From contig OZ240245.1 of NCBI GenBank assembly GCA_965198175.1, positions 384,001 through 448,000 of the forward strand: 64,000 nt of DNA. The letters are read 5' to 3'. The translations under genes were made by a program, and so were the position numbers. A model generated the notes under the pieces. The model was not told the DNA's origin. It ran no database searches and saw only the letters and a program-made list of their open reading frames with translations. This document shows, in pieces, positions 49,100 through 59,910 of the stretch. Position 1 is the stretch's first letter; each line of letters starts with the position of its first letter. This stretch comes from Candidatus Poribacteria bacterium. GTDB lineage: Bacteria; Poribacteria; WGA-4E; PCPOR2b.

Positions 49100-51247
49100 T
49101 CACACATTACTCGTGAAGAAAAGTTCCAACTGTTCAAAGGGAGATTCCAACTGTGCCGGCATCAGTTCGTTTACGAGCGATCGAAGTTGCTTTTCCCCGC
49201 CGGGAAGAGTATGTAGCTGTAAGTTTTGCATATTTAGGTATTGCTGAAGTTGCTGGATAAGAAATGTTTGCAGCCCGTTCCCTGATTCGTGCAGCTGTGA
49301 TGGAAGCAGTGCCGGAACGCAAATGCCGCTAATAAAGGTCTCAATTAGTTGGATATACTCATCAAGCTGCTGCGCAATCTGATTGTATTTCTGAGTAGCG
49401 TTATCGCGTACCTGCTTGTTGAAATCTGCGACGTCACGCCGAACAAGTTGAACGTATTCTTCGTTCCACTCGTTTTCAATATATTGTCCATTGTTGGTGC
49501 AAGTTCCTTTTAATTCCCCGGTAATTTTTGTGAGGCGATTCGATGTTGTATTCTTGATAGTCTTATCAATTTCAGCCGTCAGTTGGGCGAGTGTTCCAAT
49601 GAATTCACGTTCAAAAGTCCTGATATCGCCTGTTGGTTCATTTTTCATCAATTCCACAAGCTGATTGGAAATCTCATGCAACCCACGGGACTGCTTCAGA
49701 TGAAGTAGCACAAGTATGTAACTTGACTTTGCCAGGCTCAATGCAACATCGTAGGAAGAATAGAAAGTCTGGCTTTGAATGTCGTGGACTTCTTTTTGGA
49801 TTTCGAGCAAGTGTTCATAATAACTCACTTGCTCCCCTTGGATAGCGGTGTAAATGCCCGTGTTTGGGACTTCAAACGCTCTCTTTGTAAGAATTTCACG
49901 TTTATCATTGATTTCACGATGCCGCTGCATTTCATCCGCGTCTTCTAAGGCTTTGGCTAGCGATTCGATAGCTGGCTGAAGTCGATCGATTTGGATGCGA
50001 ATCGGCGGATAGGCATCATAGCGTGCATCCGTTGTGATGTTACGAATATTCCCTAGCACCTCGCCGAGTCTTTCTTCATACGCTTGATCTTCGAGCGGGG
50101 AGTATACTTCTTCTTTCTCCGATTCCACGCCTATCTCCTCGGAGAGGAATCTGTGCATAAATCGATAAAGATGCTCAAGTTGATTATCTTGAAGCAAACT
50201 CGCTTCTACGTAGAAGCAGAGTTTATCTTTGATAATTGTGCAGCTATCAATCACTGAGGCGCGGTCGAGGCTCAAGGCTGCCAAGCTAAGGTAAAAGAGA
50301 TCTTCCTCAAGTTCGGCAAAATGCTTTTCAAAAGCTAAGGCAATTTTTTCGTAGGCTTCATCGGAAATTGATTGACGGCGGCCTTGGTTCGCGATGGTCA
50401 TGTCATCCGAACGATGAAAATCACTAGCTTGTTGGCGGGTCTTCGTAATAATCAAAGGCGGATTGTCATCTGCTGAATGGCTGGAAGGTTTACGCATTGA
50501 CGATTGCTGGTTGTAAAGGTTAAGAGCTGCTTGATAGTGGCGTAGCAATTCGCCATCACCTAGTTCAATCAACAGCGACTCAATAGTGTTTTTCGGATCG
50601 ATGGAAATTCCTTCCTGTGCGAGCAATCTGTTAGATAACGCGGCGAATCCTTCTCCACCTAAATTCCGAAAAGGGCGCAGCAGATATGCGCGTCCATCCT
50701 CAATGTAGATTTTTTGCTTGCCAAGTGGAAAGCGGTTCTTGACGTGCCCGCTGTCGTTATCAAACCAGATTTCCATTGGGTAAGTCTTGTTGTAGACCTG
50801 AAAATTGATAGCTCCTTCCAGTAACCGATCGAACAAATCTCGACGGATGTGCTCAAGGTCATTAACGTCAATAAGGATTATCGAAGCGTTATCGTTCGTA
50901 TTCAGCTTTGCTTCAATGATTTTGTCATTTGGGACCAAATAACGCCGTTCGAAAAAATGAATGCCCGTAACGTTATCATTCGTGATGGCAAGCCTTGGAA
51001 TATCGTACTCATCGTAATAATAATATGATTTCCAACTGAGCGCACGACGCCTCATCTTCTCAAATAACTGGAAGGACAGACGTTCTTTGACTTTCCTTTC
51101 ACGTTTTGGCACTGAATCCGCCTCATACGGAACAAGCGCCCCCTTTGTATCAGGAACCTGTAAGCTGAGTTGTGGTAGCGTAGAAGCTTTTTTCTTACCT
51201 GGAAGGCGGGTGAGCGCTTTATCAATATATTCATTCCAATCAATCAT
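49100..51247 (-). CDS. Large hypothetical helical protein
   Basis: Uninterrupted ORF of more than 700 aa. ATG 51247 follows AAGGAG (alternative start 51271). No recognised motif. Confidence 0.75.
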   Translation of the reverse strand: MIDWNEYIDKALTRLPGKKKASTLPQLSLQVPDTKGALVPYEADSVPKRERKVKERLSFQLFEKMRRRALSWKSYYYYDEYDIPRLAITNDNVTGIHFFERRYLVPNDKIIEAKLNTNDNASIILIDVNDLEHIRRDLFDRLLEGAINFQVYNKTYPMEIWFDNDSGHVKNRFPLGKQKIYIEDGRAYLLRPFRNLGGEGFAALSNRLLAQEGISIDPKNTIESLLIELGDGELLRHYQAALNLYNQQSSMRKPSSHSADDNPPLIITKTRQQASDFHRSDDMTIANQGRRQSISDEAYEKIALAFEKHFAELEEDLFYLSLAALSLDRASVIDSCTIIKDKLCFYVEASLLQDNQLEHLYRFMHRFLSEEIGVESEKEEVYSPLEDQAYEERLGEVLGNIRNITTDARYDAYPPIRIQIDRLQPAIESLAKALEDADEMQRHREINDKREILTKRAFEVPNTGIYTAIQGEQVSYYEHLLEIQKEVHDIQSQTFYSSYDVALSLAKSSYILVLLHLKQSRGLHEISNQLVELMKNEPTGDIRTFEREFIGTLAQLTAEIDKTIKNTTSNRLTKITGELKGTCTNNGQYIENEWNEEYVQLVRRDVADFNKQVRDNATQKYNQIAQQLDEYIQLIETFISGICVPALLPSQLHESGNGLQTFLIQQLQQYLNMQNLQLHTLPGGEKQLRSLVNELMPAQLESPFEQLELFFTSNV

Positions 51248-51686
51248 CTTCATCTCCTTAAGCAACATCATGTGACCCTTGATGCTGATTATTTGTCATA
51301 TGATTATGAATCTATAGAGTGTTGGCGTGCTGGGTAGGCGACGCTGCTATCAGCGACTTATTGTTGCGTATGCTTGAACCTGAAAGCGATATTATCACTA
51401 ACGCCTAGGAGCATGTTTGAAAAGTCGGCGGCAAAGCAATGTTTCTAGCCGTGCGGGGTCAGAATCATCGAATTCTCAAGGGATTGACCCGAACTTAACC
51501 CTTTCCAAGACGGATCTGGAATATCAAAACGGGCTGGAAGTAAAGCGATGGCGTGAACAACGTGACAAGAAGGTCAAATCTGTTATGAGCACGTGAGTCG
51601 GCTAGCTGAATATAGAGCTTGACCAACTGAAAAAACCGTACCGAGCATCCGTCTTGTTTATTTAAGCGTCTGCACTCAAAATGTAG

Positions 51687-51715
51687 TTTCATTTTGTGAA
51701 AAAATATTGTATAAT
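51687..51715 (+). promoter_or_regulatory. Promoter copy A
   Basis: TTTCAT-17 nt-TATAAT. Confidence 0.6.
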
Positions 51716-51936
51716 TGAGTAGTATTAGGGCTATCATTAAACGGAGTAAAACGTAAGCAAAAACCCGCTCTTGGCACATCACGATTTCTGCTGTAGCACA
51801 CATAACATTTCGACAGATAGAGAATTTATTAAGGCGTAAACAATTTCCGTCAATTTAGGAAAACTTGGTGGCTGTATAGAAACATTTAAGGCTCCGACGC
51901 ACGCCTAAAACTCCAAATATTATAGCATAGCTTCAC

Positions 51937-52214
51937 ATGGAAAAAAATAAAAATAAACCCATAGTTGGTCGATGCCAACAATTAGTAATGAGTTACGACC
52001 CATCTGTGGTAAAGTTGCCTTCAGAAGAAGATTTAAAGAAGGCACTGTTACTGTTAGATTTGTTGGTAGGGGACTTCGAAAAATCCCTCGGCTTTCTAAA
52101 CCAATTGGAACACTTTGTTTCGCCGCCTCTCGATTTTAAGACGTTTCATAAGGAAAATGACGAATCTCATAGAAGGTACCAGAGAAATTACTGAAAGGGC
52201 ACTCGATAATTACC
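51937..52214 (+). pseudogene. Truncated, frameshifted 5' copy of the 52474..53460 gene
   Basis: Near-identical to the first ~92 codons of the downstream gene; 1-nt insertion (TTTCATAAGG vs TTTCAAAGG). Confidence 0.88.
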
Positions 52215-52229
52215 GCACTCATAATGTAG

Positions 52230-52258
52230 TTTCATTTTATGGCAGTATGTTGTATAAT
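52230..52258 (+). promoter_or_regulatory. Promoter copy B
   Basis: TTTCAT-17 nt-TATAAT; boxes conserved with copy A while the spacer differs. Confidence 0.6.
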
Positions 52259-52473
52259 GAATAGGTTGAGGGCTGTTAATTTGAGTAAACCCTAAGCAAA
52301 AACCCGTTCTTGACACATCACGATTCACGTCTTAGGACACATGATTTCGGCAAATGTGATGTTTTATAAATGTGTTTTCAACAACCGTCAATTTCCAAGA
52401 AACTACGCCGAATAGACCAATTTAGAATTCCGGCGCATGTTCAAACACTCCAAATATTATAGCATAGCTTCAC

Positions 52474-53460
52474 ATGGAAAAAAATAAAAATAAACCCATA
52501 GTTGGTCGATACCAACAATTAGTAATGAGTTACGACCCATCTGTGGTAAAGTTGCCTTCAGAAGAAGATTTAAAGAAGGCACTGTTACTGTTAGATTTAT
52601 TGGTAGGGGACTTCGAAAAATCCCTCGGCTTTCTGAACCAATTGGAACACTTTGTTTCGGCGCCTCTCGATTTTAAGACGTTTCAAAGGAAAATGACGGA
52701 TCTCATAGAAGGTACCAGAGAAATTACTGAAAGGGCACTCGATAATTACCACTACCTCTCGGGAAACCTCAAGGACATTTATACTATTTTTACACAAACC
52801 GTTGAATCGGAAAATGCCATCGGTGAAACTCACGAAAGCATCAATGTTCGGTTCAAATTTTGGCTGCACTCATTGCGGACTGAAAATGCGGGCGAGGGAG
52901 CAGTCTCAAAGGAAATACAGACCTTTTCTGAATTTATCCAGCTGCTGTTAGATGAACAATCGCGGTATGCCTATTTTTTTTCTCCCCTTGGGGATACGCA
53001 CTTTCTCATCTGCCAGTATGTCCCTCTTGAAAGTAGTCCAGAGGAAATTGAGCTCCATTTCTCCACTTACGTTGAATCGCCGGCCACTTCCTTTCAAAGC
53101 TTAAAACGGGCATGGAATAAAATGTTCAGCGCCGCTAATAAGAGGGTTTACCATCTATTCCGCGACTCACCCCCAAACTCTACAATTGGAACATTCAAGG
53201 AACGATTGTCAGTTTCCATCCCGCCCTATACGCCTCATCGCTACAATCACCCGGAACAACTTACCAAGGTTATCTATGACTTCATCAACGTTTACGGCGT
53301 TGACGGGCGCCAGCATATCCACCTGCTGAGGCACGATGATAAATTTGCCGTATTCACGACCCATTGTCCAATACGGTTCGATGGACGTTCTGTGGACCTG
53401 ACAGATGCTGATACCGCTAACGGGTTACTTGGAGACAACTACCACGTGATTATTGAATAA
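52474..53460 (+). CDS. Hypothetical protein
   Basis: 328-aa ORF; no recognised motif. Confidence 0.7.
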   Translation: MEKNKNKPIVGRYQQLVMSYDPSVVKLPSEEDLKKALLLLDLLVGDFEKSLGFLNQLEHFVSAPLDFKTFQRKMTDLIEGTREITERALDNYHYLSGNLKDIYTIFTQTVESENAIGETHESINVRFKFWLHSLRTENAGEGAVSKEIQTFSEFIQLLLDEQSRYAYFFSPLGDTHFLICQYVPLESSPEEIELHFSTYVESPATSFQSLKRAWNKMFSAANKRVYHLFRDSPPNSTIGTFKERLSVSIPPYTPHRYNHPEQLTKVIYDFINVYGVDGRQHIHLLRHDDKFAVFTTHCPIRFDGRSVDLTDADTANGLLGDNYHVIIE

Positions 53461-54059
53461 ATCGGAGGCTGTGGATATTCATCACCAACGGAATTGTTGC
53501 TAGTTGCTAGTCATTACAGTACTAACAATGAGCCTGCAGTGTTTTACTATTCGACAGAATCCAAAACAAAATCCCAAGAAATTGAAGACATTGATAATTC
53601 TGCACGTGCAGTAGCGTTACACGTCCTTTGGAAAGCGAATCCCCCGTATGTGACGGCACTAGGGACGCATTACTTTCCAAAGACATCTTGCATCTTTGGG
53701 GGCGCAAGAACTGGAGAATTGCAAAGTTCAATGCCCTTGACACAGGCTGGGGATCCGTGTAAAATAGCATCAACCGCTTTTTTGGTTCACCGTAGGGAAA
53801 TGCCTTCCACATAGGGCAAGCCAAACCAAACTCCAAATGTACGACAATCTGGTGGTGTGATTCTCACAAGCGTCGTCTGTTGAGAGCTGTAAGGCTATAT
53901 TATCGCAATTATCGCACCGAATGAGAAAACCGCTGCCGTGTGAATTTCAAGATATACCCAATCTAGATTTCAGGATTCTCATTCAGTTGCAAACTTATCA
54001 ATCCTTGTTAGAAACGCACAGCAGGAAGTTTCAACCTCGTAAGAAGGAGGTGAAAAGCT

Positions 54060-55079
54060 ATGCAAACTCCGAAAATAAACTCAACGGTTGTGTTCGTTGG
54101 TGTGCTACTCGTGAGCAGCGTCGCTGTGCTTATGATTGCTCAAGCACAAGCCCCTATACGTTCAACTATTGCCGTTGCTACTTCTGGAGCGGAGGGATTC
54201 GGAATCTTTATCGTGGATCCCAAGAGACCGCAAGGCGGTGCAGAGCAGCTCCTAGAGGTTGAAGGGGACCCCATTCCCGGCGGATTAGAGTGGTCTCCGG
54301 ACGGCACTAAGATTGCTTTCCATACCCAAGTTGGACCGAATATAGATGTCTACGTTGTCGATGGTGACGGGGACGGTCTCAAACAGCTCACCGGCCATGA
54401 GGGGGAAGATAGCTGGCCCGCTTGGCACCCTAGTGGTCAAAAACTAGCATTCACCAGCAATCGGGATGGCAACCTTGAAATTTACACCATGACATCGGGC
54501 GGGGTAGTTATCGAAAACCTAACAAACGATCCTGCTCCGGATCAACATCCCGCGTGGTCTCCGAACGGTCGCAACATTGCTTTTGCTACCAAGCGCGGTC
54601 GTACCATCTCTGATTTGTGGCTAATGGACTCCGCGGGAGGTAACCCACACAATCTAACCAACCACAAGGGAGAAGACGTTGAACCCTCGTGGTCGTGGGA
54701 CGGCCAAAAGATTGCTTTTACCACCCGTCGGTTTGGATCTGGGCGCGCTATGACAATGGACCCTGATGGCGGTAATCTGCTGAAGATTTCGGGACCGGAC
54801 GTTGAGCGAAGAGACCCCGAGTTTTCTCCAGATGGGAAAGAAATCGCTACTGTGTGGTTTGGCGGTGGTCAGACACGCTTGGATATATATTCAAGTGATG
54901 GCAAACACGCGGATGCAGACCAACACGGAGCACCAGTGTGGGATATCATCGTTCTCGGATTCCCGAGCCGGGGTCCAGCTTGGTTCGATCCTGATTTTGT
55001 AGTACCGTTCTCTGTTTCGGCTGCGGACAAACGCCCTTTGAGTTGGGGCTGGCTAAAAAAGGCAGAGCTCGAGAAATGA
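54060..55079 (+). CDS. Secreted TolB-like (PD40) beta-propeller, paralog 1
   Basis: Signal peptide (AQA); WSPDGTKIAF, PAWHPSGQKLAFTSNRDGNLEIY; tail VSAADKRPLSWGWLK. Confidence 0.9.
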   Translation: MQTPKINSTVVFVGVLLVSSVAVLMIAQAQAPIRSTIAVATSGAEGFGIFIVDPKRPQGGAEQLLEVEGDPIPGGLEWSPDGTKIAFHTQVGPNIDVYVVDGDGDGLKQLTGHEGEDSWPAWHPSGQKLAFTSNRDGNLEIYTMTSGGVVIENLTNDPAPDQHPAWSPNGRNIAFATKRGRTISDLWLMDSAGGNPHNLTNHKGEDVEPSWSWDGQKIAFTTRRFGSGRAMTMDPDGGNLLKISGPDVERRDPEFSPDGKEIATVWFGGGQTRLDIYSSDGKHADADQHGAPVWDIIVLGFPSRGPAWFDPDFVVPFSVSAADKRPLSWGWLKKAELEK

Positions 55080-55231
55080 TTCCTCCAATTCGGCAGACCT
55101 GACTTTCTCCAAAAAATCAGCTGGCTCATGTCAAAAGCAAATGGATTACGCCAGAATAGGCACCAAAAAACTTCGGGTCTAGGTTAGGACTTCAATTGAA
55201 CCGGTGTAAATCATCATGGGGAGGATAAATC

Positions 55232-56254
55232 ATGCAACACCGGAAATTGAGTTTGAAGTTAATAATATCTACGGGTGTGCTACTCTTGAGCGGTATCGCT
55301 GTACTCATGATTGCTCAAGCGCAAGCCCCTGAACGTTCAACTATTGCTGTTGCTACTTCTGGAGCGGAGGGATTCGGGATTTATTTGTTGGACCCCGAGA
55401 AGCCGGCAGCCCCTGCAGAGAAACTCCTCGAAGTTGAAGGGGACCCCATCCCCGGTGGGTTGGAGTGGTCCCTGGATGGCGCTAAGATTGCTTTCCATAC
55501 CCAAATTGGACAGAATATAGATATCTACGTAGTCAATGGTGATGGGAAAGGTCTCAAACAGCTCACCGACCATGAGGCGGAAGATAGCTGGCCGGCTTGG
55601 CACCCTAGCGGTCAGAAACTGGCTTTCACCAGCAATCGGGATGGAAACCTGGAAATTTACACCATGACGGGCGGTGGTGAAATTGTGGCGAACCTAACGA
55701 ACGATTCTGCTCCGGATAAAAATCCCGCCTGGTCCCCGAATGGTCGCAATATTGCTTTTTCTACCAAGCGTGGGCGGACACTGTCAGATATCTGGCTGAT
55801 GGACTCGGCGGGAGGCAACCTTAAGAATCTGACCAACCACAAGGGCGAAGATCTCACCCCCTCCTGGTCATGGGACGGTCAAACGATTGCCTTTACTACC
55901 CGTCGATTTGGAGCCGGTCGTACAATGCGGATGGACCCTGATGGCGGTAATCTGTTAGAGATTTCTGCGCGTCAGGTTCCGCGGTTAGACCCCGAGTTTT
56001 CTCCTGACGGGAAAGAAATCGCCAACGTGTGGTTTGGCGGTGGTCAGACGCGTCTCCATATATGGCCAAGCGATGGGGGGCTGGCGGACGCCGATGAACA
56101 CGCGGCGCCCGTTTGGAAAGAAATTGCTCTGGGTTTCCCTAGTGCGGGACCGGCCTGGTTTGACCCTGATTTTGTGGTACCGTTCTCTGTTTCCTCTGCG
56201 GACAAACGCCCTTTGAGCTGGGGCTGGCTAAAGAGCGCCGGACTTGAGAACTAG
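55232..56254 (+). CDS. Secreted TolB-like (PD40) beta-propeller, paralog 2
   Basis: Close paralog of 54060..55079; tail VSSADKRPLSWGWLK. Confidence 0.9.
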   Translation: MQHRKLSLKLIISTGVLLLSGIAVLMIAQAQAPERSTIAVATSGAEGFGIYLLDPEKPAAPAEKLLEVEGDPIPGGLEWSLDGAKIAFHTQIGQNIDIYVVNGDGKGLKQLTDHEAEDSWPAWHPSGQKLAFTSNRDGNLEIYTMTGGGEIVANLTNDSAPDKNPAWSPNGRNIAFSTKRGRTLSDIWLMDSAGGNLKNLTNHKGEDLTPSWSWDGQTIAFTTRRFGAGRTMRMDPDGGNLLEISARQVPRLDPEFSPDGKEIANVWFGGGQTRLHIWPSDGGLADADEHAAPVWKEIALGFPSAGPAWFDPDFVVPFSVSSADKRPLSWGWLKSAGLEN

Positions 56255-56449
56255 CAGGTGATAGACGCTGTTATTGTCCGCTGAGATAATTTGGCACGTA
56301 GATGCCATTTTATTCAGTGTATTCACTTCTGTAGTAAATTCCTGCTTAACAGTTGATGAAGAGACATAGAAACGCGGCGGTTGCCGTGAACTTTTAAATC
56401 ATTCAATCCTGATTTGTGGTCAGGGTTTCGTGAAAGGAGACAAAAGACT

Positions 56450-57475
56450 ATGCAACATCCAGTAACAGTTGTACGTCTAAGCATATTGGCGAGTGTACTC
56501 CTCGTGGGTTGTTTTGCGCTAATCCTGAGTGCACATGCTCAGGCACCCAATGGCCCAACTATCGCAGTTGCTAGTATAGGGGACGGTGGCACGCTTTGGC
56601 TGGTAGATACTGATGGGGAACGAGCGCACGCAATACACGACATTGAGGGCGATCCGGTAATCTTGGGGCTGTCGTGGTCCCCGGATGGCAATAAGATTGC
56701 GTTCTTTTCTGAAAGGAAGAAGGACGTAGAAAGTGATGTGTACGTGGTGGATGCCGATGGAAATGGTCTCAGAAATCTCACAGACCGTCAAGGGTTCGAT
56801 GGCTGGCCCACTTGGCACCCGAGCGGCCAAAGACTTGCCTTCACTTCCGATCGGGATGGTAACCTTGAAATCTACACGATGTCGGCTCAAGGAGTCATCG
56901 GTGGCAACCTCACAAACGATGCTGTTCCTGACCAAATGCCCACGTGGTCACCAGATGCTCGAAAGATTGCCTTCGCCACCAAACGGGGGAAGACGCTAGG
57001 TGACATCTGGGTGATGGACACCAGCGGTGGCAACCTCCAGAACTTGACGGATCATAGAGGTCAGGACATCGAACCCCGATTTTCCTTCGATTCCCAGAAA
57101 ATCACTTGGACAACACGGCGGTTTGGGGAAGGGGTTATCATGGCAATGGACGCCGATGGACAGAACAAGTTACAAATCTCGCCCAATCCTGAGAACGAAA
57201 AGCGGGATCCGGCTTTTTCGCCCAACGGGAAAAAAATTATCTACGTAAGATTCGGTGGGGGGCAAGCCCATATCCAGAAACGGTCGGTCAAACAGTTTGC
57301 AAAAGGTGCACCGAATGTATGCGCGGGGGATTGTTTTGAACTTCCGGGGATAGGTTTCCCAACACGATCACCGGTGTGGTTCGACCCGGATTTTGTCGTT
57401 GAGTGGGCGGTTTCTCCTGCTGACAAACGCCCATTGACATGGGGCTGGATAAAACAGTTGGGACAGAGCAGATAA
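56450..57475 (+). CDS. Secreted TolB-like (PD40) beta-propeller, paralog 3
   Basis: ATG 56450 after AGGAG; PD40 repeats; tail AVSPADKRPLTWGWIK. Confidence 0.9.
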   Translation: MQHPVTVVRLSILASVLLVGCFALILSAHAQAPNGPTIAVASIGDGGTLWLVDTDGERAHAIHDIEGDPVILGLSWSPDGNKIAFFSERKKDVESDVYVVDADGNGLRNLTDRQGFDGWPTWHPSGQRLAFTSDRDGNLEIYTMSAQGVIGGNLTNDAVPDQMPTWSPDARKIAFATKRGKTLGDIWVMDTSGGNLQNLTDHRGQDIEPRFSFDSQKITWTTRRFGEGVIMAMDADGQNKLQISPNPENEKRDPAFSPNGKKIIYVRFGGGQAHIQKRSVKQFAKGAPNVCAGDCFELPGIGFPTRSPVWFDPDFVVEWAVSPADKRPLTWGWIKQLGQSR

Positions 57476-57504
57476 TCACTGGTGCGAAGTCTGTCCACCA
57501 GATA

Positions 57505-57954
57505 ATGATGAATCAATACAGACATACCCAGATTGGTTATCTCCTCATCATCTTGTATAGTGCAGTGGTAGTCTTCATAGGCTATTTGAATGTTTTGGTG
57601 GGTTTTAACCCGTTTGCCTTAGCCGCTCTAATCGTTATGCTTTTTGTTCTAAGGCTATTCTCCAGTTTGACGGTGGCGGTCGATGACAAGATGATTAAGA
57701 TTCAATTTGGGTTGGGGATTATTCGTAAGGTTTTTCTGCTACAGGGAATTGAGACTTACTCTGTAGTCAAGAATCCTTGGTACTACGGTTGGGGGATTAG
57801 ATTCACTCCAAGAGGTTGGCTATTCAATGTTTCTGGTCTCTCGGCCATCGAACTTCAGATGAAGAATGGGAAGAGGTATCGGATAGGGACGGATGAGCCC
57901 GATAATTTAGCAAGTGCGCTTACCGAAGCTCTGAATGATGTTCCCGTTCAGTAA
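57505..57954 (+). CDS. Small membrane protein (two TMs plus bacterial PH-like domain)
   Basis: YRHTQIG, two TMs, NPWYYGWGIR, FNVSGLSAIEL, RIGTDEP. Confidence 0.8.
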   Translation: MMNQYRHTQIGYLLIILYSAVVVFIGYLNVLVGFNPFALAALIVMLFVLRLFSSLTVAVDDKMIKIQFGLGIIRKVFLLQGIETYSVVKNPWYYGWGIRFTPRGWLFNVSGLSAIELQMKNGKRYRIGTDEPDNLASALTEALNDVPVQ

Positions 57955-57977
57955 CTCTACGCATAGGAGGAAGAACG

Positions 57978-58763
57978 ATGTTTGTTCGTATTGTAACAAA
58001 CGATTCGATTGCGTGCATGAGTTTAGTAGCCTTCGCTTGGATTCTCGCATTATCAGGATTTGCAGAGATTGCCCCAGATACCATTGTAGGGTTGTGGCTC
58101 CTCGACGAAGATAAGGGCAGGGAAGCCAAAGATAGCTCCGGCAATGAACTTCACGGGACGTTCACAGGGTCTCCTAAGTGGAGGGAAGGAAAATTCGGCC
58201 GGGGTTTGGAACTCCCAGGCGGGGGCGATACTGTCAAGATTGAAGGATTGGCACAGGACTTTCCCGCCGAGGAAGTGACAATCACATCGTGGGTGAAGGT
58301 AGAAGGGTTCAAGAATCAAGACCTTTTTAGTCTCGAACCACTTGACCCTAGCCGCGTCACAGTCCACTTTCCGTGGGATAACCAACTCCACTGGCAGTTC
58401 AGCACTATATGGATGCATCCACCACTTCCAATTGGTGAGGAGGTTGAAGGCAAATGGCAACATTGGGCTTTCATCCATAGTATTGCGGATAACGTAATGC
58501 TTGCATATCAGGATGGCGAGGTGGTCGGAGAATCACAGAACTCCAAAGCGTATGCTCCCCGGGCCGGAGATTTTCACATAGGCGGCAGGCTAGGTTCTTC
58601 TTTTCAGGGTTTCGTTGACGAAGTTGGACTTTTTGAGGCTGTCCTTAGCCAAGCTGATATACAAAGCATTATGGAAAACGGTCTTGAGGCGCGAGTCTTT
58701 GCGGTTACACCAGCCAGCAAACTTGCGATCTCCTGGGGTCAAATCAAGGCACGAAGAGAATAA
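57978..58763 (+). CDS. Secreted LamG/concanavalin-like jellyroll protein, paralog 1
   Basis: Signal peptide; GLWLLDE...DSSGN..HG...GKFG; TITSWVK; WQHWAF; FQGFVDEV; tail AVTPASKLAISWGQIK. Confidence 0.9.
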   Translation: MFVRIVTNDSIACMSLVAFAWILALSGFAEIAPDTIVGLWLLDEDKGREAKDSSGNELHGTFTGSPKWREGKFGRGLELPGGGDTVKIEGLAQDFPAEEVTITSWVKVEGFKNQDLFSLEPLDPSRVTVHFPWDNQLHWQFSTIWMHPPLPIGEEVEGKWQHWAFIHSIADNVMLAYQDGEVVGESQNSKAYAPRAGDFHIGGRLGSSFQGFVDEVGLFEAVLSQADIQSIMENGLEARVFAVTPASKLAISWGQIKARRE

Positions 58764-58901
58764 CTCGCAAACGCCCATTGACTCGTAGTTGGTTCAAGTA
58801 GTTGATGTTTGCGCCGTCGAGAAATGTTGTGTGGCTGAAAGGGCAGCCGTAAAGATTTTGAAACATATTAAACTATTTTCTACTATAGGAGTAAAATAAT
58901 G

Positions 58902-59699
58902 ATGTTTGTCCGTATTGTAACAAGCATTTCAATTTCATGTATGAGTTTAGTAGTCTTGAGTTGTATTCTCGCAACATCAGGGCATGCAGAGATCGACCCA
59001 GATACCATTAGAGGGTTGTGGCTCCTTGACGAGGGTAAGGGAAAGGACGCCAAGGATAGATCGGACAATGAACGTCACGGGACGTTCACGGGAACTCCCA
59101 AATGGAGGGAAGGTAAATTCGGCCAGGCCGTTGAGTTTGGAGGTGCAGGCGACACCGTCAAGATTGAAGGATTTGGCATGGAATTTCCCTCGGAGGAAGT
59201 GACAATTACGTCGTGGGTGAAGGTAGAGGGGTTCAGGAATCAAGACCTTTTTAGTCTCGTGCCGCTTGAGGTTGGTAACAAGGGCCGCGTCACAGTCCAC
59301 TTTCCCTGGGATAACGCTGTTCACTGGCAGTTCGGCACGCCTTTTACGGGGATTGCACCGGTTGCGCTCGACAAGGCGGTGGAAGGCAAATGGCAGCACT
59401 GGGCTTTCATTCATAGTGTTAAAGAAAACGTGTTTCTTGTGTATCAGGATGGCGAGGAAGTGCGAAGAACAGCGAATTCGCAAGCGTTTGTTCCAGGAGC
59501 CGCAGATTTTCACATAGGCGGTAGACTGGGTTCTTCTTTTGAGGGTTTCGTTGACGAAGTTGGAGTTTTTGAGGCTGTCCTTAGCCAAGCTGACATAAAA
59601 AGCATCATGGAAAATGGACTTGAAGCGCGTGTCTTTGCGGTTTCGCCAGCCAGCAAACTCGCGACCTCCTGGGGTCGAATCAAAGTGCTAAGGGAGTAA
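58902..59699 (+). CDS. Secreted LamG protein, paralog 2
   Basis: Same motifs as paralog 1; tail AVSPASKLATSWGRIK. Confidence 0.9.
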   Translation: MFVRIVTSISISCMSLVVLSCILATSGHAEIDPDTIRGLWLLDEGKGKDAKDRSDNERHGTFTGTPKWREGKFGQAVEFGGAGDTVKIEGFGMEFPSEEVTITSWVKVEGFRNQDLFSLVPLEVGNKGRVTVHFPWDNAVHWQFGTPFTGIAPVALDKAVEGKWQHWAFIHSVKENVFLVYQDGEEVRRTANSQAFVPGAADFHIGGRLGSSFEGFVDEVGVFEAVLSQADIKSIMENGLEARVFAVSPASKLATSWGRIKVLRE

Positions 59700-59775
59700 C
59701 TCCGGGCGCGCCGCCGGAGGTGAATCGTTCTATCTTTTTATCACACTTGTCTTTCATTCCATGTGCGGCTGGATT

Positions 59776-59802
59776 CTTGCGAAGATTCGAAACCTTTGCA
59801 AG
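59776..59802. repeat. REP-like palindrome (degenerate copy)
   Basis: CTTGCGAAGATTCGAAACCTTTGCAAG, homologous to 60921..60947. Confidence 0.55.
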
Positions 59803-59910
59803 GGCAAAACTCGTTAAGGTACCTTCTTGGTACCCATAATTTGAACCCTTCGCGAAACTAGCCGAGTAACCAATAGCACGTGAGATTGGAATAATTGGAA
59901 ATCAACCACA

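Larger units (their letters stand above)
51672..52750 (+). repeat. Direct tandem duplication (51672-52214 and 52215-52750)
   Basis: Both units start GCACTCA.AATGTAGTTTCATTTT and end GCACTCGATAATTACC. Confidence 0.92.

Noticed and set aside
51937..52750. DGR template/variable repeat pair
   Set aside because: Differences are not adenine-specific in one direction, include an indel, lie at the 5' end of the gene, and no reverse transcriptase is in the window
53494..53836. Two overlapping ~105-aa ORFs on opposite strands
   Set aside because: No clear RBS or motif; cannot support either
54060..57475. Tol-Pal system tolB
   Set aside because: No TolB N-terminal domain and no tolQRA/pal nearby
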